DNA of 64,000 nt from Camelus ferus (Eukaryota): positions 121,150,001-121,214,000 of the forward strand of contig NC_045697.1 of assembly GCF_009834535.1 (NCBI RefSeq), in the 5' to 3' direction. The stretch's first letter is position 1, and each line of letters begins with the position of its first letter. The notes under the pieces are model-generated. The model was not told the DNA's origin, searched no databases, and saw nothing but the letters and a program-made list of their open reading frames with translations. A program made the position numbers and the translations under genes. Shown piece after piece: positions 27,001 to 38,700 of this stretch.

Positions 27001-30000
27001 GGCTCCTAGGAGATCCCAGGCGCTGCAGACCGAGTACGGAAATTCTCCACCCTCAGAATTCCGGAACGCGGCCGAGTGGGTGGGGAATGTTTGGGGCTGC
27101 CCTCCACGCACCTGCCTGCTGTCACAGGTGTTCCCAGGCAGGGGGAATTCAGCTAATTACCTCCCCTATCCAGGGGGAGGCACTACATGCTACCTGCTTT
27201 TCCAGCACAACCCCCGCATTTTCCCTGTAGCCTGCACTAGGAGACACTCGGGGAAGACACGCGGAGGGCTCCTAGGAGATCCCAGTTGCTGCAGACAGAG
27301 TACGGAACCTCCCCAAACTCAGAATTCCGCAACGCGGCCGAGTGGGTAGGGGAGGTTTGGGCCGCCCTCCACGCAGCTGCCTGGTGTCACAGGTGTTCCA
27401 TGTCAGGGGGAATTTCACTTTTACCTCTCCTGTCCAGGGGGAGTCCCTAGATGCTACCTGCAATTCCAGCACAACACCAGGCTTTCCCTGCAGCCCGCAC
27501 TAGGAGACACTTGGGGAAGACACGCGGAGGGCTCCTAGGTGATCCCAGTTGCTGCAGACAGAGTACGGATCCTCCACACACTAAGAATTCCGTAACGCGG
27601 CCGAGTGGGTGGGGGAGGATTTGGGCCGAACTCCACGAAGCTGCCTGGTGTCACAGGTGTTCCCTGGAAGGGTGTAGTCCGCTAAATACCTCTCTTATCC
27701 AGACGGAGGCGTTACATGCTACCTGCATTTCCAGTCCAACCCCCGCATTTACCCGGAAGCCCGCAGAAGGAGACACTCGGGGAAGAAATGCAGAGGGCTC
27801 CTAGGTGATCCCAGGCGCTGCAGACATTGTACGGACCTCCCCACACTCAGATTTCCGGAACGAGGCCGAGTGGTGGGGGAGGTTTGGGGCCGCTCTCCAC
27901 GCAGCTGCCTGGTGTCACAGGTGTTCCCTGGCAGGTGTCAGTACGCTAATTACCTCCCCTGTCCAGGGGGAGGCACTACATGTTACCTGTTTTCCAGCAC
28001 AACCCCCGCCTTTCCCGGCAGCCCTCACTAGGAGACACTTGGGGAAGACACGCGGAGGGCTCCTAGGAGATCCCAGGCGCTGCAGAGAGAGTACGGACCT
28101 CCCCAAAATCAGATTTCCGGAACGCAGCCGAGAGGGTGGGGGAGATTTGGGGCCGACCTCCACGCAGCTGCCTGGTGTCACATGTGTTCCCTGGCATGGG
28201 GAATTCTGCTAATTACCTCCCCTGTCCAGGGGGAGTCACTCGATGCTACCTGCATTTCCAGACCATCCCCTGCATTTCCCTGGCTGCTCGCACTAGGAGA
28301 CAATTGGGGAAGACACGCGGAGGGCTCCTAGGAGATCCCAGGCGCTGCAGACAGAGTATGGAACCTCCCAACACTCAGAATTCCAGAACAAGGCCGAGTG
28401 GGTGTAGGAGGTTTGGGTCCGCCATCCACGCAACTTCTTCTTTTCACAGGTGTTCCCTGGCAGGGTGAAGTCCGGTAAATAACTTCCCTGTCCAGGGGGA
28501 GGCACTAGATGCTACCTGCTTTTCCAGCAACACCCCGCATTTTCCCTGTAGCCCGCACTAGGAGACACTCAGGGAAGACACGCGGAGTGCTCCTAGGTGA
28601 TCCCAGGCGCTGCAGACAGAGTATGGAACCTCCCCACACTCAGAATTCCGGATCGCGGCCGAGTGTTTGGGGGAGGTTTGGGGCCGACCTCCACGCAGCT
28701 GCCTGGTGTCAAAGGTGTTCCATGGCATGGGGATTTCCGCTTTTACCTCTACTCTCCAGGAGGTGTCCCTAGATGATACCTGCAATTCCAGCACAACATC
28801 AGGCTTTCCCTGCAGCCCGCCCTAGGAGACACTCGGGGAATACAAGCGGAGGGCTCCTAGGTGATCCCAGGCGCTGCAAACAGAGTACGGATCCTCCACA
28901 CACTCAGAATACCTTAACGCGGCCGAGTGGGTGGGGGAATATTGGGGCTGCCTTCCACGAAGCTGCCTGGTGTCGCAGGTGTTCCCTGGCAGGGGAAGTC
29001 CTCTAATTACCTCTCCTGTCCAGGGGGAGTCACTAGATGCTACCTGCATTTCCAGCCAAACCCCCGCCTTTCCCTGGCTGCCCGCAATAGGAGACACTTG
29101 GGGAAGACACGCGGAAGGCTCCTAGGTGATCAGAGGCGCTGCAGACAGAGTACGGAACCTCCCAACACTCAGAATTCCAGAACAAGGCCGAGTGGGTGTG
29201 GGAGGTTTGGGGCCGCCTTCCACGCAGCGGACTCTTTTCACAGGTGTTCCCTGGCAGGGGGAAGTCCGCTAAATACCTTCCCTGTCCAGGGGGAGGCGCC
29301 TCATGCTACCTTCTTTTCCAGCCCAACCCCCGCATTTACCCGGAAGCCCGCACAAGGAGACACTCGGGGAAGACACGCAGAGGGCTCCTAGGAGATCCCA
29401 GGCGCTGCAGACAGAGAACGGACCTCCCCACACTCAGATTTCCAGAACGAGGCCGAGTGGGTGGTTGAGGTTGTGGCCGCCCTCCACGCAGCTGCCTGGT
29501 GTCACTGCTGTTCCCTGACAGGGGGAATTCCGCTAATTACCTCCCCTGTCCCGGGGGATTAACTAGAATCTACCTGCATTTCCAGGCAACCCCCGCCATT
29601 CCCCGTCTCCCCGCAATAGGAGACACTAGGGGAAGGCACGTGGATGGCTACTAGGAGATCCCAACTCTAGAGACTGAAGACCAATCCTCCTGAAACTCAG
29701 AATCCCGGAACGTGGCCGAGTGGGTAGGGGAGGTTTGGGACCAACCCCCACGCAGCTGCCTGGTGTCACAGGTGTTCCCTGGAAGGGGGAAGTCCGCTAA
29801 ATTCCTCCCCTGTCCAGTGGGAGGCACTACAAGCTACCTGCATTTCCAGCACATCCCCCGACTTTCCCCGGCTTCCCGCACGAGGATACACTCGGGGAAG
29901 ACACGCGGAGGGCTCCTAGGAGATCCCAGGCGCTGCAGACCGAGTACGGAAATTCTCCACCCTCAGAATTCCGGAACGCGGCCGAGTGGGTGGGGAATGT

Positions 30001-33000
30001 TTGGGGCCGCCCTCCACGCACCTGCCTGCTGTCACAGGTGTTCCCAGGCAGGGGGAATTCAGCTAATTACCTCCCCTATCCAGGGGGAGGCACTACATGC
30101 TACCTGCTTTTCCAGCACAACCCCCGCATTTTCCCTGTAGCCTGCACTAGGAGACACTCGGGGAAGACACGCGGAGGGCTCCTAGGAGATCCCAGTTGCT
30201 GCAGACAGAGTACGGAACCTCCCCAAACTCAGAATTCCGCAACGCGGCCGAGTGGGTAGGGGAGGTTTGGGCCGCCCTCCACGCAGCTGCCTGGTGTCAC
30301 AGGTGTTCCATGTCAGGGGGAATTTCACTTTTACCTCTCCTGTCCAGGGGGAGTCCCTAGATGCTACCTGCAATTCCAGCACAACACCAGGCTTTCCCTG
30401 CAGCCCGCACTAGGAGACACTTGGGGAAGACACGCGGAGGGCTCCTAGGTGATCCCAGTTGCTGCAGACAGACTACGGATCCTCCACACACTAAGAATTC
30501 CGTAACGCGTCCGAGTGGGTGGGGGAGGATTTGGGCCGAACTCCACGAAGCTGCCTGGTGTCACAGGTGTTCCCTGGAAGGGTGTAGTCCGCTAAATACC
30601 TCTCTTATCCAGACGGAGGCGTTACATGCTACCTGCATTTCCAGTCCAACCCCCGCATTTACCCGGAAGCCCGCAGAAGGAGACACTCGGGGAAGAAATG
30701 CAGAGGGCTCCTAGGTGATCCCAGGCGCTGCAGACATTGTACGGACCTCCCCACACTCAGATTTCCGGAACGAGGCCGAGTGGTGGGGGAGGTTTGGGGC
30801 CGCTCTCCACGCAGCTGCCTGGTGTCACAGGTGTTCCCTGGCAGGTGTCAGTACGCTAATTACCTCCCCTGTCCAGGGGGAGGCACTACATGTTACCTGT
30901 TTTCCAGCACAACCCCCGCCTTTCCCGGCAGCCCTCACTAGGAGACACTTGGGGAAGACACGCGGAGGGCTCCTAGGAGATCCCAGGCGCTGCAGAGAGA
31001 GTACGGACCTCCCCAAAATCAGATTTCCGGAACGCAGCCGAGAGGGTGGGGGAGATTTGGGGCCGACCTCCACGCAGCTGCCTGGTGTCACATGTGTTCC
31101 CTGGCATGGGGAATTCTGCTAATTACCTCCCCTGTCCAGGGGGAGTCACTCGATGCTACCTGCATTTCCAGACCATCCCCTGCATTTCCCTGGCTGCTCG
31201 CACTAGGAGACAATTGGGGAAGACACGCGGAGGGCTCCTAGGAGATCCCAGGCGCTGCAGACAGAGTATGGAACCTCCCAACACTCAGAATTCCAGAACA
31301 AGGCCGAGTGGGTGTAGGAGGTTTGGGTCCGCCATCCACGCAACTTCTTCTTTTCACAGGTGTTCCCTGGCAGGGTGAAGTCCGGTAAATAACTTCCCTG
31401 TCCAGGGGGAGGCACTAGATGCTACCTGCTTTTCCAGCAACACCCCGCATTTTCCCTGTAGCCCGCACTAGGAGACACTCAGGGAAGACACGCGGAGTGC
31501 TCCTAGGTGATCCCAGGCGCTGCAGACAGAGTATGGAACCTCCCCACACTCAGAATTCCGGATCGCGGCCGAGTGTTTGGGGGAGGTTTGGGGCCGACCT
31601 CCACGCAGCTGCCTGGTGTCAAAGGTGTTCCATGGCATGGGGATTTCCGCTTTTACCTCTACTCTCCAGGAGGTGTCCCTAGATGATACCTGCAATTCCA
31701 GCACAACATCAGGCTTTCCCTGCAGCCCGCCCTAGGAGACACTCGGGGAATACAAGCGGAGGGCTCCTAGGTGATCCCAGGCGCTGCAAACAGAGTACGG
31801 ATCCTCCACACACTCAGAATACCTTAACGCGGCCGAGTGGGTGGGGGAATATTGGGGCTGCCTTCCACGAAGCTGCCTGGTGTCGCAGGTGTTCCCTGGC
31901 AGGGGAAGTCCTCTAATTACCTCTCCTGTCCAGGGGGAGTCACTAGATGCTACCTGCATTTCCAGCCAAACCCCCGCCTTTCCCTGGCTGCCCGCAATAG
32001 GAGACACTTGGGGAAGACACGCGGAAGGCTCCTAGGTGATCAGAGGCGCTGCAGACAGAGTACGGAACCTCCCAACACTCAGAATTCCAGAACAAGGCCG
32101 AGTGGGTGTGGGAGGTTTGGGGCCGCCTTCCACGCAGCGGACTCTTTTCACAGGTGTTCCCTGGCAGGGGGAAGTCCGCTAAATACCTTCCCTGTCCAGG
32201 GGGAGGCGCCTCATGCTACCTTCTTTTCCAGCCCAACCCCCGCATTTACCCGGAAGCCCGCACAAGGAGACACTCGGGGAAGACACGCAGAGGGCTCCTA
32301 GGAGATCCCAGGCGCTGCAGACAGAGAACGGACCTCCCCACACTCAGATTTCCGGAACGAGGCCGAGTGGGTGGTTGAGGTTGTGGCCGCCCTCCACGCA
32401 GCTGCCTGGTGTCACTGCTGTTCCCTGACAGGGGGAATTCCGCTAATTACCTCCCCTGTCCCGGGGGATTAACTAGAATCTACCTGCATTTCCAGGCAAC
32501 CCCCGCCATTCCCCGTCTCCCCGCAATAGGAGACACTAGGGGAAGGCACGTGGATGGCTACTAGGAGATCCCAACTCTAGAGACTGAAGACCAATCCTCC
32601 CGAAACTCAGAATCCCGGAACGTGGCCGAGTGGGTAGGGGAGGTTTGGGACCAACCCCCACGCAGCTGCCTGGTGTCACAGGTGTTCCCTGGAAGGGGGA
32701 AGTCCGCTAAATTCCTCCCCTGTCCAGTGGGAGGCACTACAAGCTACCTGCATTTCCAGCACATCCCCCGACTTTCCCCGGCTTCCCGCACGAGGATACA
32801 CTCGGGGAAGACACGCGGAGGGCTCCTAGGAGATCCCAGGCGCTGCAGACCGAGTACGGAAATTCTCCACCCTCAGAATTCCGGAACGCGGCCGAGTGGG
32901 TGGGGAATGTTTGGGGCCGCCCTCCACGCACCTGCCTGCTGTCACAGGTGTTCCCAGGCAGGGGGAATTCAGCTAATTACCTCCCCTATCCAGGGGGAGG

Positions 33001-33894
33001 CACTACATGCTACCTGCTTTTCCAGCACAACCCCCGCATTTTCCCTGTAGCCTGCACTAGGAGACACTCGGGGAAGACACGCGGAGGGCTCCTAGGAGAT
33101 CCCAGTTGCTGCAGACAGAGTACGGAACCTCCCCAAACTCAGAATTCCGCAACGCGGCCGAGTGGGTAGGGGAGGTTTGGGCCGCCCTCCACGCAGCTGC
33201 CTGGTGTCACAGGTGTTCCATGTCAGGGGGAATTTCACTTTTACCTCTCCTGTCCAGGGGGAGTCCCTAGATGCTACCTGCAATTCCAGCACAACACCAG
33301 GCTTTCCCTGCAGCCCGCACTAGGAGACACTTGGGGAAGACACGCGGAGGGCTCCTAGGTGATCCCAGTTGCTGCAGACAGACTACGGATCCTCCACACA
33401 CTAAGAATTCCGTAACGCGGCCGAGTGGGTGGGGGAGGATTTGGGCCGAACTCCACGAAGCTGCCTGGTGTCACAGGTGTTCCCTGGAAGGGTGTAGTCC
33501 GCTAAATACCTCTCTTATCCAGACGGAGGCGTTACATGCTACCTGCATTTCCAGTCCAACCCCCGCATTTACCCGGAAGCCCGCAGAAGGAGACACTCGG
33601 GGAAGACATGCAGAGGGCTCCTAGGTGATCCCAGGCGCTGCAGACATTGTACGGACCTCCCCACACTCAGATTTCCGGAACGAGGCCGAGTGGTGGGGGA
33701 GGTTTGGGGCCGCTCTCCAGGCAGCTGCCTGGTGTCACAGGTGTTCCCTGGCAGGGGTTAGTACTCTAATTACCTCCCCTGTCCAGGGGGAGGCACTACA
33801 TGTTACCTGTTTTCCAGCACAACCCCCGGCTTTCCCGGCAGCCCTCACTAGGAGACACTTGGGGAAGACACGCGGAGGGCTCCTAGGAGATCCC
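1..33894. repeat. HOR layer 1: 11-15-mer variants of a 16-monomer (A-P) higher-order repeat
   Basis: Diagnostic monomer A (aatattggggctgccttcc ... gatcagagg) starts at 1, 3976, 7682, 11655, 14832, 18806, 21985, 25959, 28869 and 31779. Spacings 3975, 3706, 3973, 3177, 3974, 3179, 3974, 2910, 2910 correspond to 15, 14, 15, 12, 15, 12, 15, 11, 11 monomers. The recurring 154-aa ORF shows the same period. Confidence 0.95.
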
Positions 33895-35749
33895 AGGCGC
33901 TGCAGAGAGAGTACGGACCTCCCCAAAATCAGATTTCCGGAACGCAGCCGAGAGGGTGGGGGAGATTTGGGGCCGACCTACACGCAGCTGCCTGGTGTCA
34001 CATGTGTTCCCTGGCATGGGGAATTCTGCTAATTACCTCCCCTGTCCAGGGGGAGGCATTATATGCTAATTGGATTTCCAGCCTAACTCCCGCATTTCCC
34101 CGGCACACCGCACTAGGATACACTCGGGGAAGACACGCGGATTTCTACTAGGAGATCCCAGGCACTGTAGACAGAGGACGGAACCTCCCACACATAGAAT
34201 TCCGGAACGCGGCCGAGTGGGTGGGGGAGGTTTGGGACCGCCCTCCGCGCAGCTGCCTGGTTTCACATGTGTTCCCTTGCAGGGGAAATCCGCTAATAAC
34301 CTCCCATGTCCTGAGGGAGTCACTACATGCTACCTGCTATTCCAGCACAAGCCCCGCATTTTCCCTGTAGCCCGCAATAAGATACACTCGGGGAAGGCAG
34401 GCGGAGGGCTCCTAGGTGATCCCATGCGCTGCAGACAGAGGCCGGAACTTGCCCACACTCAGAAATCCGGAACGCGGCCGAGATGGTGGGGAAGATTTGG
34501 GGCCATACACCACGCAGCGGCCTGGTGTCACAGGTGTTCCCTTGCAGGGGGAAGTCCGCTAATTACCTCCCCTGTCCAGGGGGAGGCACTAAATGTTACC
34601 TTCATTTCCAGGCCAACCCCCGAATTTCCCCGGCACCCCGCACTTGGAGACACTCGGGGAAGACACGCGGAGGGCTCCTAGGAGATCCCAGGCGCTGCAG
34701 AGAGAGTACGGACCTCCCAAAAATCAAATTTCCGGAACGCAGCCGAGAGGGTGGGGGAGATTTGTGGCCGACCTCCACGCAGTTGCCTGGTGTCACATGT
34801 GTTCCCTGGCAGGGGGATTTCCGCTAATTACCTCCCCTGTCCAGGGGGAGGCATTATATGCTAATTGCATTTCCAGCCTAACACCCGCATTTCCCCGGCA
34901 CACCGCACTAGGATACACTCGGGGAAGACACGCGGATTTCTACTAGGAGATCCCAGGTGCTGTAGACAGAGGACGGAACCTCCCACACATAGATTTCCAG
35001 AACGCGGCCGAGTAGGTGGGGGAGGTTTGGGACCGCCCTCCGCGCAGCTGCCTGGTTTCACATGTGTTCCCTTGCAGGGGAAATCCGCTAATAACCTCCC
35101 CTGTCCTGAGGGAGTCACTACATGCTACCTGCTATTCCAGCACAAGCCCCGCATTTTCCCTGTAGCCCGCAATAGGATACACTCGGGGAAGACAGGCGGA
35201 GGGCTCCTAGGTGATCCCAGGCGCTGCAGACAGAGGCCGGAACTTGCCCACACTCAGAATTCCGGAACGCGGCCGAGATGGTGGGGAAGATTTGGGGCCG
35301 TACACCACGCAGCGGCCTGGTGTCACAGGTGTTCCCTTGCAGGGGGAAGTCCGCTAATTACCTCCCCTGTCCAGGGGGAGGCACTACATGTTACCTTCAT
35401 TTCCAGGCCAACCCCCGAATTTCCCCGGCACCCCGCACTTGGAGACACTCGGGGAAGACACGCGGAGGGCTCCTAGGAGATCCCAGGCGCTGCAGAGAGA
35501 GTACGGACCTCCCCAAAATCAAATTTCCGGAACGCAGCCGAGAGGGTGGGGGAGATTTGGGGCCGACCTCCACGCAGTTGCCTGGTGTCACATGTGTTCC
35601 CTGGCATGGGGAATTCCGCTAATTACCTCCTCTGTCCAGGGGGAGGCATTATATGCTAATTGCATTTCCAGCCTAACTCCCGCATTTCCCCGGCACACCG
35701 CACTAGGATACACTCGGGGAAGACACGCGGATTTCTACTAGGAGATCCC
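33895..35749. repeat. HOR layer 2: 795 bp 3-mer, ~2.3 copies
   Basis: Monomer type gcagagagagtacggacctccc(c/a)aaaatc occurs at 33895, 34690 and 35485 (795 bp apart). ORFs at 34070, 34865 and 35660 have the same period. Confidence 0.92.
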
Positions 35750-38700
35750 AGGCGCTGTAGACAGAGGACGGAACCTCCCAACACTCAGAATTCCGGAACG
35801 CGGCCGAGTGGGTCGGGGAGGTTAGGGGCCGCCCTCCACGTACCTGCCTCTTGTCACAGGTGTTCCCTGGCAGGGGGAAGTCCGCTAAATACCTTCCCTG
35901 TGCAGGGGGATGCACTACATGCCACCTGTTTTCCAGCACAACCCCCGCATTTCCTCTGCGGCCCGCACTAGGAGACAATCGGGGAATACATGCGGAGGGC
36001 TCCTATAAGATCCCAGGCGCTGCAAACAGATGACGGAACCTCCCACACTTAGAATTCCGGAACGCGGCCGAGTGGGTGAGGGAGTTTTGGGACAGCCCTC
36101 CGCGCAGCTGCCTGGTTTCACATGTGTTCCCTTGCAGGGGAAATCCGCTAATTACCTCCCCAGTCCTGAGGGGGTCACTACATGCTACCTGCTATTCCAG
36201 CACAACCCCCGCATTTTCCCTGTAGCCGGCAATAGGAGACACTCGGGGAAGACACGCGGAGGGCTCCTAGGAGATCCCAGGCGCTGCAGACAGAGGACGG
36301 AACCTCCCAACACTCAGAATTCCGGAACGCGGCCGAGTGGGTCGGGGAGGTTTCGGGCCGTCCTCCACGCAGATGCCTGGTGTCACAAGTGTTCCCTGAA
36401 AGGGGGAATTCCCCTAAATACCTGCCCTGCCCAGGGGGAGGCACTATATGCTACCTGAATTTCCAGCCCAACCCCCACCTTTCCGAGGCACCCCGCACTA
36501 GGATACACTCCGGGAAGACACGCGGACGGCTCCTAGGTGATCCCAGGCGCTGCAGACAGAGGATGGAACCTCGCCACACTCAGAATTCCGGAACGCGGCC
36601 GAGTGGGTGGGGGAGGTTTGGGGCCGCCCTCCTCGCAGCTGCCTGGTGTCACAGGTGTTCCCTGGCAGGGGGATTTCCGCTAATTACCTCATCTGTAGAG
36701 GGGGAGGCACTAGAAGCTACCTGCATTTCCAGACCAACCCCCGCATTTCCCCGCAGCCCGCACTAGGAGACACTCGGGGAAGACACGCGGAGGGCTCCTA
36801 GGAGGTCCCAGGCGCTGCAGACAGAGGACGGAACCTCGCCACACTCAGAATTCCGGAACGCGGCAGAGTGAGTGTGGGAGGTTTTGGGTCTCCCTCCACG
36901 CAGCTGCCTGGTGTCACATGTGTTCCCTGGCCGGGGGAAGTCCGCTAATTTCCTCTCCTGTCCAGGGGAAATCACTAGATTCTACCTGAATTTCCAGCCC
37001 GTCCCCCGCATTTCCCTGGCTGCCCGCACTAGGAGACAGTTGGGGAAGACACGCGGAGGGCTCCTAGGTGATCCCAGGCGCTGCAGACAGATTACGGATC
37101 CTCCACACTCTCAGAATTCCTTAACGTGGCCGAGTGGGTGGGGGAGGATTTGGGCCGACCTCCACGAAGCTGCCTGGCGTCACAGGTGTTCCCTGAAAGG
37201 GGGTAGTCCGCTAATTACCTCTCCTGTCCAGAGGGAGGCACTACATGCTACCTGCATTTCCAGTCCAACCCCCGCATTTACCCGGAAGCCCGCAGAAGGA
37301 GACACTCCGGGAAGACACGCAGAGGGCTCCTAGGAGATCCCAGGCGCTGCAGACAGAGGCCGGACCTCCCCACACTCAGATTTCCGGAACAAGGCCGAGT
37401 GGGTGGGGGAGGTTAGGGGCCGCCCTCCACGCACCTGCCTCTTGTCACAGGTGTTCCCTGGCAGGGGGAAGTCCGCTAAATACCTTCCCTGTGCAGGGGG
37501 ATGCACTACATGCCACCTGTTTTCCAGCACAACCCCCGCATTTCCTCTGCGGCCCGCACTAGGAGACACTCGGGGAATACATGCGGAGGGCTCCTATGAG
37601 ATCCCAGGCGCTGCAAACAGATGTCGGAACCTCCCACACTTAGAATTCCGGAACGCGGCCGAGTGGGTGAGGGAGTTTTGAGACAGCCCTCCGCGCAGCT
37701 TCCTGGTTTCACATGTGTTCCCTTGCAGGGGAAATCCGCTAATTACCTCCCCAGTCCTGAGGGGGTCACTACATGCTACCTGCTATTCCAGCACAACCCC
37801 CGCATTTTCCCTGTAGCCGGAACTAGGAGACACTCGGGGAAGACACGCGGAGGACTCCTAGGAGATCCCAGGCGCTGCAGACCGAGGACGGAACCTCCCA
37901 ACACTCAGAATTCCGGAACGCGGCCGAGTGGGTCGGGGAGGTTTAGGGCCGTCTTCCACGCAGATGCCTGGTGTCACAAGTGTTCCCTGAAAGGGGGAAT
38001 TCCCCTAAATACCTGCCCTGCCCAGGGGGAGGCACTATATGCTACCTGAATTTCCAGCCCAACCCCCACCTTTCCGAGGCTCCCCGCACTAGGATACACT
38101 CCGGGAAGACACGCGGACGGCTCCTAGGTGATCCCAGGCGCTGCAGACAGAGGATGGAACCTCGCCACACTCAGAATTCCGGAACGCGGCCGAGTGGGTG
38201 GGGGAGGTTTGGGGCCGCCTTCCTCGCAGCTGCCTGGTGTCACAGGTGTTCCCTGGCAGGGGGATTTCCGCTAATTACCTCATCTGTAGAGGGGGAGGCA
38301 CTAGAAGCTACCTGCATTTCCAGACCAACCCACGCATTTCCCCGCAGCCCGCACTAGGAGACACTCGGGGAAGACACGCGGAGGGCTCCTAGGAGATCCC
38401 AGGCGCTGCAGACAGAGGACGGAACCTCGCCACACTCAGAATTCCGGAACGCGGCAGAGTGAGTGTGGGAGGTTTTGGGTCTCCCTCCACACAGCTGCCT
38501 GGTGTCACATGTGTTCCCTTGCAGGGGGAAGTCCGCTAAATTCCTCTACTGTCCAGGGGAAATCACTAGATTCTACCTGAATTTCCAGCCCATCCCCCGC
38601 ATTTCCCTGGCTGCCCGCACTAGGACACAGTTGTGGAAGACACACGGAGGTCTCCTACGTTATCCCAGGCGCTGCAGACAGAGTACGGACCTCCCCACAC

